DNA from: Armatimonadota bacterium
GTDB lineage: Bacteria; Armatimonadota; UBA10988
DNA length: 64,000 bases
Reading direction: 5' to 3'
Assembly (NCBI GenBank): GCA_016235455.1
Contig: JACRKZ010000093.1
Coordinates: forward strand, 9,225 to 73,224
The notes beneath the pieces are model-generated. The model was not told where the DNA came from, searched no databases, and was given only the letters and a program-made list of their open reading frames with translations. Shown one piece after another: positions 1 through 10,567 of the stretch. Every line of letters starts with the position of its first letter. Position 1 is the first letter of the stretch. The translations under genes were made by a program, and so were the position numbers.

Positions 1-14
1 ACCGCGAGGCGGAG

Positions 15-440
15 TTGGTGATGGATGCGGTGTTCGCGACGATGGGTTTGATGCGGACCGAGATGCGTCGGCGCCATCAGGGCGAGGTTTCGATGTCGCA
101 GTTCCCCATACTGCGCACGCTGGCCAAGCAGCCGGGCGTGTCGTTGGGTGAGCTGGCGGAACGGTTGGGGCTGCGGCCGCCCACTGTTTCGAGGCTTGTC
201 GATGACCTGGTGGCGCGTGGCTGGGTGCAGCGGACGCAGTCGACGTCGGATCGGCGGTCGGTGGCGTTGAGCCTGACCGAGGCTGGCGACGAGATGATGC
301 GCGAGGGACGCCGTGCCGGGCTGCTGAAGCTGGCCGAGCGCCTGTCCGCGCTGGACGATGACGAGGCGGCCCGGCTGGTGGCCGCGGCGGGTTCACTGCG
401 GCGGGCCGTGGTGGGCGTTGAGAACGAGCGAGGAGAGTGA
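15..440 (+). CDS. MarR family transcriptional regulator (may extend 5' beyond the window)
   Basis: wHTH motif LGELAERLGLRPPTVSRLVDDLVARGWVQR..SDRR..LSLTEAG; frame is open back to the window start; heads the efflux operon. Confidence 0.9.
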   Translation: MVMDAVFATMGLMRTEMRRRHQGEVSMSQFPILRTLAKQPGVSLGELAERLGLRPPTVSRLVDDLVARGWVQRTQSTSDRRSVALSLTEAGDEMMREGRRAGLLKLAERLSALDDDEAARLVAAAGSLRRAVVGVENERGE

Positions 441-1797
441 CCGTGCTGCTCAAGGGGTGGCGCCGACGGGTGTCGCGCCACCTGTGGCCGCGATCACCGC
501 GGAGGCGGCCAAGCCGGTGGCCGGCGATGGCGTGGTTCGTGTCAATCTGGCCCAGGCGCTGAAGCTGGGGCTGGCCCACGACCGTGATGTGCGCTCCAGC
601 GCCTACGACGCGGCGAGCGCTCGCGCCTCGGTCACCCAGGCCTGGTCGGTCTACCACCCGCAAGTGAGTTTTGATGCGTCGGCGCGCCTCTTCGACTCGG
701 CGCGCACGGGCATCACCAGCGGCGCCGGCGCGGCGGCCACCAACAGCTACGACGTGAGCCTGACGGTGACGCAGTTGCTGTTCGACCTGGGCCAGGGCCT
801 GTTCGACGTCTACCGCTCGCGCGAGCTGGCCAAGGTGGCCAGCTTCAACGAGTTCACCACCGCGTTGAGCGCGGCGCAGCGCATCTACGGCGACTTCTAC
901 GATGTGCTACGCACCGGCGCGCTGGAGACGCTGCAGCGTGAGGTGCTGGCCCAGGCCACGCGCCAGCGGCAGCAGGCCACGGCGCTGTTCGAGTCGGGCA
1001 AGGGCTCGCGGCTCGACGTGACCCGCTCCACGGTGGCCGAGAGCAACAGCAAGGTCGACCTGGAAGTCACCGCCAACGCCTCGCGCGAGGCACTGGCCCG
1101 GCTGCGGCGCGACCTCGGTCTGGCGCCGGCTACGCCGCTCGAGGTCAACGAAGCGACGGTCGTGCCGACGGTGGACGTGGAGTTGGTGAAGGCGCTGGGC
1201 CTGGGCGAGAAGAGGCCCACGGTGTTGGCCGCCGAGGCCCAGACCAAGGCGCAGCGACATGCGCTGGACAGTGCGCGCATCGCGCGCTGGGCCTCGTTCC
1301 AAGTGACCGGCAGCTACGACTACTACCTGAAGAGCAGCCGCGACGTGAGCAGTGAGTATGTGCTGGGCGCGTCGGTGTCGGTGCCCCTGTGGGACGGGCA
1401 GAGCGGTAAGTCGGCCGAGACGCGGGCCAAGCTGTCGTGGCTGCGGGCCGGCGAGCAGTTGCTCAAGGAGCGCGAGCAGGTGCGGCTCGATATCGAGCAG
1501 GCGCACTTGTCCAACCGCGATGCCACCGACCGGCTGACCTCGGCCGAGCGGGCCTCGGGGCTGGCGGCGGAGAGTCTGCTGCAGACCGAGGAGAGCTACC
1601 GGCTCGGCTCGGCGAGTCTGCTGGACGTGGGCGATGCCCGCACGGAGTACCAGCGCGCGGAGAGCAATCGCATCACCGCGCGGTTGGATAGGGATTTGGC
1701 GGCTTTGAACCTGATGGTGGCTGTGGGCCGGCTGCCGTTGACGGATGCGGCGCTCGCCGCGACCACCGGTGACGTGGCCAAGGAGACGGGTCGATGA
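437..1797 (+). CDS. TolC family outer membrane efflux protein (5' end or signal peptide disrupted)
   Basis: OEP motifs (LTVTQLLFDLG, VSVPLWDG, YRLGSASLLDV); the GTG at 437 after a GAGGAG RBS is out of frame with the body. Confidence 0.85.
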
Positions 1798-4133
1798 AGC
1801 GGTTTGTAGGGCAATACAAGTGGGTGATTGGCACGGTGGTGCTGGTCGGTCTGAGCATCGGTGTGCTGCGCATGCGCCAGACCGCCGAGACGGCGCCAGC
1901 CGCCGCGCCGACCACCGCATCGGTGACGCGGGGCACGATCAAGGCCACCGTGGTGGCCACGGGCGCCATTCAGCCGGAGACCTCGGTCGACGTGAAGGCC
2001 AACGCCGGTGGTGAGGTGACCTCGCTGCTGGTGGACGTGGGCGATGTGGTCAAGGCGGGCGACCTGCTCTGCACCATCGATCCCACCGACAGCCAGACCA
2101 CGGTGCGCACCTCACGCGCCGACCTGACCTCGTCCCAGGCCCAGGTCTCGCAGGCCCGAGCGGCCGACTCGCTCGACCGCATGACCCTGCCCGCCAAGGT
2201 GACCGATGCGGTGGAAGCGATCAAGGCATCGCGTGCCAAGCTGCGGTCAGCCGAAGAGAACCTGCGCCTGGCCCAGAGCACGGCCGCCACCGACATCGAC
2301 AGCGCCAGCCAGGATCTGCTCATCGCCAACGTGCGGGCCAACCGCGCCGGCACGTCGCTGACCATGGGCGAAGGCTCGGCCGATGCGCAACTACGCCAGG
2401 CGCTGCAGCAGCGCGAGCAGGCGGCGGCCAGCGTGGCCCAGGCGGAGGCGACGCTGTCGCTGGCCAAGGACGAGTACGCGACCGGCTTGGAGAGCGCCCA
2501 TCAGACCCGCGCCTCAGCGGCGGCGCGTCTGGAGCGCGCGCGGTTGGGTGCGTCGACCACGCCGGCCGGCGCCGACGCCGGTGTGCGTCAGGCCGAGGCG
2601 TCGTTGGCTCAGGCCAGGCAGCGGCTCACGCGCCTGACCAGCGCCACTCAGCCCAGCGCCTCCGCCAGCGCCGAAGGCGACTACGAGTCCGCCAAGGTCA
2701 GTCTGTCGGCTGCTGAAGCCGAGCTCAAGCGCCAGCGCGAGCTGTTCGCCAAGGGCTACGTGCCGTACACCGCGGTCGAAGGCGCCGAGACGGCGTTGGC
2801 CGCGGCGCGCGCCAAGAGCCAGGCGGCCAGTGAAACCTGGAAGAACCTGCGCAATTCGCAGTCGGCCGACCGCAGCGAGGCCGAGGCGGCCGTGGCGCAA
2901 GCCGAGGCCTCGTTGGCCCAGGCCAAGGAGACGCAGCGCGCGTCAGGCACCACCAAGTACGATGTGGCCGATGCCGAGGCGACGCTGAACTCGGCCGACC
3001 AGTCGCTGAAGTTGGCCGAGGCCGGGCAGAAGACGGTGCAGATGCGCACCGAGCAGCTGCGGTCGGCCAAGTCGGCCCTGGCCAGCGCCGAGGCTGGCGT
3101 GCAGGCGGCGCAGTCGCAGATGCTCGACGTCAAGCGACTGGGCAACGACGTGACCGAAGCGGGCTATACGGCCAAGCGCAGCGAGATCGCCAAGGCGCAG
3201 GCCGAGGCGAGCCGGCGCACGATCGAGATGCGCAGCGCGGATGTCGACGCGGCGCGGGCCGCGCTCAGGCAGGCCGAGGCGCAGCTCACGCAGGTCTACG
3301 CCCAGCGCTTCAAGCTGGCCCAGAACCGCGGCGCGGTGACCCAAGCGGCAGCCTCCGTGGTGCGCAACGAGGCGCAGGTGTTCAACGCCGAAAAGCAGTT
3401 GCGCGACACGATCATCCGCGCGCCGCGCGACGGCGTGGTCATCGACCGCTCGGTGGAAGAGGGCACGATCATCTCCTCGGGTCGCAGCAGCGTGACCGAG
3501 GGCACCAAGATCCTGACCCTGGCCGATGTGCGCCAGCTCTACTGCCTCGCGGCAGTGGACGAGAGCGATGTCGGCAAGGTCTACGCGGGCCAGAAGGCGC
3601 AGTTCAAGGTGGAGGCGTTCGGTGACCGGCAGTTCCCGGCCACGGTGCGCAAGGTCTACCCCAAGGGCACCGTCACGGCCAACATCACCCAGTTCACCGT
3701 GGAGTTGGCCGTCACCAAGACCGAGGTCATGCTGCGGCCTGGCATGTCCGCCGACATCGAGATCCTCACCGAGGAGCGCCCCAACGTGTTGGTCCTGCCG
3801 GCCGAGGCGGTGCGTGAAGGGCCGGGTGGCTTCTATGTCATGATGCCGGGCGCGGCCGGCGCCGGCAAGGCCAAGGCCAGCGGCGCCAAGTCCAGGAGCG
3901 GCGCCGGCGGGACCGGCGGCGCCGGCAAGCCGGCGGAAGACGGCACCAAGGTGCCGATCAAGGTCGGCATCACCACCGCCGAGAGCATCGAGATCGTTGA
4001 GGGCCTCAAGGAAGGCGACAAAGTGCTGGTGCCAGCCGCGGCAGGCAACGCCAAGGGCGGCGACAAGCAGAGCAACAACGAGCAGATGCAAAAGGCTATC
4101 AAGATGGGCATGAAGAGCATGGGCGCGAGGTAG
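1794..4133 (+). CDS. Efflux periplasmic adaptor subunit (MacA/HlyD-like) with a very long coiled coil
   Basis: N-terminal TM, lipoyl half-motifs (VDVGDVVKAGDLL; IRAPRDGVV), beta-barrel VDESDVGKV..GQ, LRPGMSA; ATGA overlap with TolC. Confidence 0.9.
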   Translation: MKRFVGQYKWVIGTVVLVGLSIGVLRMRQTAETAPAAAPTTASVTRGTIKATVVATGAIQPETSVDVKANAGGEVTSLLVDVGDVVKAGDLLCTIDPTDSQTTVRTSRADLTSSQAQVSQARAADSLDRMTLPAKVTDAVEAIKASRAKLRSAEENLRLAQSTAATDIDSASQDLLIANVRANRAGTSLTMGEGSADAQLRQALQQREQAAASVAQAEATLSLAKDEYATGLESAHQTRASAAARLERARLGASTTPAGADAGVRQAEASLAQARQRLTRLTSATQPSASASAEGDYESAKVSLSAAEAELKRQRELFAKGYVPYTAVEGAETALAAARAKSQAASETWKNLRNSQSADRSEAEAAVAQAEASLAQAKETQRASGTTKYDVADAEATLNSADQSLKLAEAGQKTVQMRTEQLRSAKSALASAEAGVQAAQSQMLDVKRLGNDVTEAGYTAKRSEIAKAQAEASRRTIEMRSADVDAARAALRQAEAQLTQVYAQRFKLAQNRGAVTQAAASVVRNEAQVFNAEKQLRDTIIRAPRDGVVIDRSVEEGTIISSGRSSVTEGTKILTLADVRQLYCLAAVDESDVGKVYAGQKAQFKVEAFGDRQFPATVRKVYPKGTVTANITQFTVELAVTKTEVMLRPGMSADIEILTEERPNVLVLPAEAVREGPGGFYVMMPGAAGAGKAKASGAKSRSGAGGTGGAGKPAEDGTKVPIKVGITTAESIEIVEGLKEGDKVLVPAAAGNAKGGDKQSNNEQMQKAIKMGMKSMGAR

Positions 4134-4141
4134 GGCGTGAG

Positions 4142-5345
4142 ATGAACCCACTAGAGGCACTTCGCATCGCGTTCAGTGCGCTGAGCGCCAACAAGATGCG
4201 CGCGGCATTGACCACGCTGGGTGTGGTCATCGGTGTGGCGGCGGTGATCGCCATGACCGCGCTGGGCCAGGGCGCGGCCAAGGATGTGCAGGCGCGGCTC
4301 AACAAGCTGGGCAGCAACCTGATCTTCGTCGCGCCCGGCCAGGCCGGCCGAGGCCCCATCTTCATGGGCTTCGGCAGCGCCGACACCCTGTCGCTGGAGA
4401 ACGCGGAGAAGCTGCGGCGCAGCATGCCCGAGCTGATCGCCGGCGTGGAGGCTGAGGTCAGCTCGAGCGAGCAGGTCAAGTTCGGCACCTACAGCAGCAA
4501 CTACCGCATCGTGGGCACGTACAGCGATTACTCGTTCGTACGCAACCCCGACATCGCCGACGGGCGGTTCTTCTCGCGCTTGGACGAGGAGGCCGCGCGT
4601 CGCGTCTGCGTGGTGGGCTCCAACGTGGCCCGCGACGTGATCAAGAGCGGCCGCGCCGTGGGCAAGCGGATCAAGATCAAGGGCATCCCCTTCGAGGTGG
4701 TGGGTGCGTTGGCCGAGACCGGCGGCTTTGGCCGTCAGGACGACCAGGTGTTCATCCCGCTGCGCACCTTCGTCCAGCGCATCAACTTCAGGCGCTACGC
4801 CTCGAACATCGGTGTGTCGGCGCGCGACGGCAAGAGCTTCGAGGAGGTGCAAGCCGGCATTCGGCGGTTCCTGCGCCGCGAGCACAAGCTGCGCCCGAGC
4901 CAGAAGGACGACTTCTCCATCGCCAGCCAGACCGATATCGCCTCGACGCTGAACGACACGAACCGCATCTTCACCATGCTCCTGGCCGGCATCGCCGCCA
5001 TCTCGCTGGTGGTCGGCGGCATCGGCATCATGAACATCATGCTGGTGACCGTGACAGAACGCACCCGCGAGATCGGCATCCGCAAGGCACTGGGCGCCCG
5101 CAAGCGCGATATCCAGTTGCAGTTCCTCATCGAGAGCTGCGTGCTGAGCATCCTCGGCGGCCTGCTGGGTGTGGCCATGGGCCTGGGCACGGCCCACCTC
5201 ATGCAGACCAAGATGGGCCTGACGGTGGATGTGAAGATGCAGTCGGTGGTGCTGTCGTTCGGCTGCGCCGCGGCCATCGGCATCTTCTTCGGCTTCTACC
5301 CGGCCAGCCGCGCGGCGGCCCTCGACCCGATCCAGGCACTTCGCT

Positions 5346-5353
<8 letters not shown>
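4142..5353 (+). CDS. MacB-family ABC transporter permease
   Basis: NKMRAALTTLGVVIGVAAVI; GGIGIMNIMLVTVTERTREIGIRKALGA; C-terminal LDPIQALRYE. Confidence 0.95.
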
Positions 5354-6074
<721 letters not shown>

Positions 6075-6130
6075 GCTGCCTCCGAGCCGCGGGGCAAGGA
6101 ATGCCGGCGGCGCGGGCGAAGTGAACCGCC

Positions 6131-6808
6131 ATGGAACGTCTAGGTCACCGCGGTGCGCCCAGCCTGGCCACCGAGAACACGCTACCCAGCTTCGCCGCGG
6201 CCGTGCGCCTGGGCGTCGACGCTGTCGAGCTCGACGTGCAGCTCAGCGCTGACGGGCGGCTCATGGTCATCCATGACGACACCGTCGACCGCACCATGCC
6301 CGGTAGCGGCCGCGTCGCCGACATGGACTCCGCCGACCTGCTGGCCCTGGGCGTGCCCACCTTCGCATCCGTTCTGGGCGTGCTGGCGGACCACTGCGGC
6401 CTGACCTGCGAACTTAAGGGCCCGGGCACCGGCCCGCCGGCCGTGGCCCACGTGAACGCCGCCGGTCTGTCCGCCACCACCGTCTTCACCTCGTTCGACC
6501 TCGATCGCGTGACCGCGGTCAAAGCCGCGCAGCCCGCGTTGCGAGTCGGCGGCATCAGTGGTCGGGCCGATGACGAGCTATTGGAGCGGCTGCTGGCCCT
6601 GGGCGCCGAGCTGGCCGACATCCATTGGGCCGCGCTCACCCCTGGGTGGGTCGAGTCGGCGCATGCCGCCGGCCTGCGCGTGCGCGCCTGTACCGTGAAC
6701 GACGAGGCCGCCCTGGCCCATGCGCTGGCCGCGGGAGTCGACGGGATCATGAGCGACCGGCCTGATTGGCTGCTCTCGGCGCTGGCTAGCGCTGCGCAGG
6801 GCACCTGA
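6131..6808 (+). CDS. Glycerophosphodiester phosphodiesterase
   Basis: GHRGA..ENTLPSF, ELDVQLSADG..VIHD, TVND, GVDGIMSDRP. Confidence 0.92.
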   Translation: MERLGHRGAPSLATENTLPSFAAAVRLGVDAVELDVQLSADGRLMVIHDDTVDRTMPGSGRVADMDSADLLALGVPTFASVLGVLADHCGLTCELKGPGTGPPAVAHVNAAGLSATTVFTSFDLDRVTAVKAAQPALRVGGISGRADDELLERLLALGAELADIHWAALTPGWVESAHAAGLRVRACTVNDEAALAHALAAGVDGIMSDRPDWLLSALASAAQGT

Positions 6809-7515
6809 TGGCCACGAACGTAGCCATGCCGACCTGCGAACACGAGTCGGCGCTCATCGCCGACGGGCTGCACATCGTGGCCGGCATCGACGAAGCCGGC
6901 CGCGGGCCGCTGGCCGGGCCGGTGGTGGCGGCAGCGGTGGTGCTGCCGCCGGGGCTGGTGATACCCGGCCTGACCGACAGCAAGAAGCTCGACGCCGCAG
7001 CGCGGGATCGGCTGTTCGACGTCATCGGCGAGTCGGCGCAGGCGGTGGGTGTAGGTCGCTGCGAGGCTGACGAAATCGATCAACTCAACATCCTGCGCGC
7101 CACGCTGACCGCGATGCGCCGCGCACTCGACTCCCTGGGCCTGGCCGTAGACGCCGTGCTGATCGACGGCAACCAGCGCCTGCCGGGCCTGGCCTGCCAC
7201 CAAGTGACGCTGGTCAAGGGCGACTCGCGCAGCATGTCCATCGCCGCGGCGAGCATAGTCGCCAAAGTCACGCGTGACCGCGAGATGTGCCGACTCGACA
7301 CATCGTACCCGGGCTATGGATTCGCGGGGCACAAGGGCTATCCGGCGCCATCGCACCTTGCCGCGCTGAGCGAGCTGGGTCCGTGCCCGGTCCATCGGCG
7401 CAGTTTCGGCCCGGTGCGCGCGCTGCTGGCCGATCCGCCGCCGCTGCCGCCCGCGCGGAGTCGGGGCGCCTCGGCCACTCAGTTGTCGCTGTTCGAGAAC
7501 GACGATGCGCGGTAG
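6808..7515 (+). CDS. rnhB: Ribonuclease HII
   Basis: GIDEAGRGPLAGPVVAAAV, DSKKL, VKGD..SIAAASIVAKVTRD, HKGY, HRRSF. Confidence 0.97.
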   Translation: MATNVAMPTCEHESALIADGLHIVAGIDEAGRGPLAGPVVAAAVVLPPGLVIPGLTDSKKLDAAARDRLFDVIGESAQAVGVGRCEADEIDQLNILRATLTAMRRALDSLGLAVDAVLIDGNQRLPGLACHQVTLVKGDSRSMSIAAASIVAKVTRDREMCRLDTSYPGYGFAGHKGYPAPSHLAALSELGPCPVHRRSFGPVRALLADPPPLPPARSRGASATQLSLFENDDAR

Positions 7516-7897
7516 GAGAGGCCCATCGCGCGGGCAACTGCTGGGTCGCCGGGCCGAGCGGGCGGTGGCCTGGCGGCTGTTCTGGCGCGGGTACCGGCTG
7601 TTGGCCCACAACTGGCGCTGCGCGTTGGGCGAGATCGACCTCGTGGCCCGCCATCGCGGCCAACTGGTGGTCATCGAGGTCAAGGCGCGACTCAGTGAAG
7701 ACCGCCTGCCGCCCGAGGCGCAAGTGGGTCGCGAGAAGCAATGGCGGCTCTGCCGGCTGTTGGATGCTTACCGTCGGGCGCATAACATGTGGCAGGTGCC
7801 CTGTCGTTTCGATGTCGCCGCCGTGGTGCTCGACGAGCGGGGCCGAGTACGCGAGTTGCGGCTCTGGCAGGATGCGTTCGAGTACCAGGACGCGTGA
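7505..7897 (+). CDS. YraN family (UPF0102) putative endonuclease
   Basis: NWRC..GEIDLVA..LVVIEVK, CRFDV; typical position after rnhB. Confidence 0.9.
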   Translation: MRGRRGPSRGQLLGRRAERAVAWRLFWRGYRLLAHNWRCALGEIDLVARHRGQLVVIEVKARLSEDRLPPEAQVGREKQWRLCRLLDAYRRAHNMWQVPCRFDVAAVVLDERGRVRELRLWQDAFEYQDA

Positions 7898-7986
7898 ACG
7901 GTCGGCCGCCGGGCAGAGGACGTGGACCTCGACAGCTCACCAGCACGAGCCTCGAGGGTGTGGTGGGGGATCGATTGGGTAGCCCC

Positions 7987-10491
7987 ATGCGCTGTGTGGT
8001 GTCGGGCACAAGCTGGGTCAGTCGGACCATCTGGCTGTTGCTTCTGCTGGTCGCGGGCGCGGCGCGGTTGGCGCTGGCCGCCGGTCCCAGTGCGCCGTTG
8101 CGCGTCGTCACCGACGACAACTACCCGCCCTACGTCTTCCGCGGTGGCAGCGGCGAACTCAGGGGCATTCTTGTTGATCACTGGCGTCTCTGGACCGCCC
8201 GGACAGGGCGGCCGACCAACCTGACCGGGATGGACTGGAATGAGGCCATTCGGCGCTTCGAGGCCGGCGAGTTCGACGTGCTGGACACGGTCTTCCGGAC
8301 CCCGCAGCGTGAGTTGCGCTACGACTTCACGCGTCCCTACGCGCGCATCGATGTGCCGCTGTTCTTCGACCAGAGCGTGTCGGGGATCAACAGTGCGCAG
8401 GACCTGGGCGGCCTGGTGGTGGCGGCCAAGGCGGGCGATGCCGTGCTGGAGACGCTGGCCCGGAGCGGCGTGCACAACGTGGTCACGTATCCCTCGTATG
8501 AGCGGCTGATCGCCGCCGCGGCGGCGGGTCAGGTGCGTGTGTTCACGGTGGACGGGCCGCCGGCACACTACTTCCTGACGCGCATGGGCGTCGCCGACCG
8601 GTTCCGGGAGTCGCCGCCGCTCTACACCGGCCAGTTCCACCGCGCGGTGCTCAAGGGGCGGGTGGCGCTGTTGCGCGAGGTGCAGGGAGGATTCGACCGG
8701 ATCTCACCGGCCGAGTTGCGCGGCATCGACGAGCGGTGGATGGGCTCACCAGTGACCATCGGCGGGCTGTGGCGGCAGTACCGCTACCCTGTGCTGGCGC
8801 TGATCGCCGCCTGGGTGCTGCTGTCGGGCTGGCTCTGGTCGCTGCGGCGCACGGTGGCTCACCGGACGGGCGAGTTGCGGGCCGAGGTGGTCGAGCGCGC
8901 GGCCAAGGAACAGGCGCTGGCCGACAGCCAGGAGCGGCTGGCCACCATCTTCAATACGGTCCACGAGGCCATCTTCATCCATGACGTGGAGGGCCGGATA
9001 TTGGACGTGAACCAAGCCGTGACCGAGCTGTTCGGCGTGTCGCGCGACGAGGCGCTGGCCCTGACCGTGCGCGACTTCTCGGCCGAGGACAGCCCGCTGC
9101 TCGAACTGCGTGAACGCTGGGGGCGAGCGCTCTCGGGCGAGTCGAGCTGGTTCGAGTGGCAGGCCCGTCGGCCGCGCGACGGCCAGCTGCTGCCGGTCGA
9201 GGTGTCGCTGCGCGGCGTGACCTTGGGCGGGCAGGCCCTGGTCCTGGCCAGTGTGCGCGACATTGCGCAGCGCAAACGCGCCGAAGCGGAGCGCGACGAT
9301 CTGGAATCGCAGTTGGCCCAGTCGCAGAAGATGGAAGCCATCGGGCGCCTGGCCGGCGGCGTGGCGCACGACTTCAACAACCTGCTCACGGTCATCCTCG
9401 GCCATTGCGACGACCTGCTAGAGGACTCCGGCCAGGCCGACACGCGCTGCGAAGAGATCGTCCAGATCCGCACGTCGGCGCTGCGCGCGGCGGATCTCAC
9501 GCGCCAGCTCCTGGCCTTCAGCCGGCGCCAGACGCTGCGGCCAGAACCGCTCGACCTGGGGCTGGTGGTGCTCGATATGGAGCGCATGCTGCGCCGACTG
9601 ATCGGCGAGGATATCGAGTTGGTGACCGAGATCGGCGCCGTGCTACGCAGTGTCACCGCCGACCGCGGCCAGCTCGAGCGCGTGATCATGAACTTGGCCG
9701 TCAACGCCCGGGACGCCATGGAGGCCGGCGGCCGCCTGTCCCTGTCGGTGTCCAACGAGCCGTTGCCGGACGGCCAGGCCGCGCTGCCGCCGGGCGACTA
9801 CGTGACCCTGATCGTGGCCGATACCGGACACGGCATGGACGAATCCACGCGCCAACACGTCTTCGAGCCGTTCTTCACCACCAAGGAGAAGACCAAGGGC
9901 ACGGGGCTGGGCCTGTCCACCGTGCTGGGCATCGTCAAGCAATCCGGTGGCGAGATCGTCTGCCACAGCGCGCTGGGCGCGGGCACGCGCTTCGTCATCT
10001 ACCTGCCGGCCAACAACACAACAACGACTGCGGCCGTGCCGCGTACGAGCCCTGGATCGGCGGTTGCTGGTCGCGGCGAGCATGTGCTGCTGGTGGAGGA
10101 CGACGACGCGGTGCGTCGATTGACCCAGCGGCAACTGGAGCGTCTGGGATTCGCCGTGACCGCCGTGGCCGACGGCCGCGAGGCGCTGGCGGCGTTCGAC
10201 GCCTTGCCGCAGGTGCCCGACCTCGTGCTGAGCGACGTCGTCATGCCCGGCATGAACGGCATGGCCCTGCTGCGCGAGATGGCCTCGCGCCGGCCCGGTT
10301 TGCGCGTGCTGCTGATGTCGGGTTACACGGACGATGCCATCGGCCGCAGCGGCGTCCTCGACCCGACGGTGCCGTTCCTGTCCAAGCCGTTCGGCTCGGC
10401 CGAGTTGCTGGCCAAGGTGCGCGCGGCCATCGATGGGGATCCACCACCCCTGGCCGCGAGAGGTCCTGAGAGCAGTCGCGAGCAGGCCTGA
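7987..10491 (+). CDS. Hybrid sensor histidine kinase (family-3 solute-binding sensor, PAS, HisKA, HATPase, receiver)
   Basis: DDNYPPY sensor; H-box AGGVAHDFNNLL; NLAVNARDAM, DTGHGM, FEPFFTTK, GTGLGL; receiver LSDVVMPGMNG. Confidence 0.93.
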   Translation: MRCVVSGTSWVSRTIWLLLLLVAGAARLALAAGPSAPLRVVTDDNYPPYVFRGGSGELRGILVDHWRLWTARTGRPTNLTGMDWNEAIRRFEAGEFDVLDTVFRTPQRELRYDFTRPYARIDVPLFFDQSVSGINSAQDLGGLVVAAKAGDAVLETLARSGVHNVVTYPSYERLIAAAAAGQVRVFTVDGPPAHYFLTRMGVADRFRESPPLYTGQFHRAVLKGRVALLREVQGGFDRISPAELRGIDERWMGSPVTIGGLWRQYRYPVLALIAAWVLLSGWLWSLRRTVAHRTGELRAEVVERAAKEQALADSQERLATIFNTVHEAIFIHDVEGRILDVNQAVTELFGVSRDEALALTVRDFSAEDSPLLELRERWGRALSGESSWFEWQARRPRDGQLLPVEVSLRGVTLGGQALVLASVRDIAQRKRAEAERDDLESQLAQSQKMEAIGRLAGGVAHDFNNLLTVILGHCDDLLEDSGQADTRCEEIVQIRTSALRAADLTRQLLAFSRRQTLRPEPLDLGLVVLDMERMLRRLIGEDIELVTEIGAVLRSVTADRGQLERVIMNLAVNARDAMEAGGRLSLSVSNEPLPDGQAALPPGDYVTLIVADTGHGMDESTRQHVFEPFFTTKEKTKGTGLGLSTVLGIVKQSGGEIVCHSALGAGTRFVIYLPANNTTTTAAVPRTSPGSAVAGRGEHVLLVEDDDAVRRLTQRQLERLGFAVTAVADGREALAAFDALPQVPDLVLSDVVMPGMNGMALLREMASRRPGLRVLLMSGYTDDAIGRSGVLDPTVPFLSKPFGSAELLAKVRAAIDGDPPPLAARGPESSREQA

Positions 10492-10498
10492 AGGCAAA

Positions 10499-10533
10499 GG
10501 GCGCGGAACCGGTCTGCCGACCCGTCCGCGCCC
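10499..10533. terminator. Putative bidirectional terminator hairpin between convergent genes
   Basis: GGGCGCGGA...TCCGCGCCC inverted repeat, flanked by AAA and TTCT. Confidence 0.55.
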
Positions 10534-10567
10534 TTCTGAGACACACTGCGCCCTGGTGCGCCGCAGC

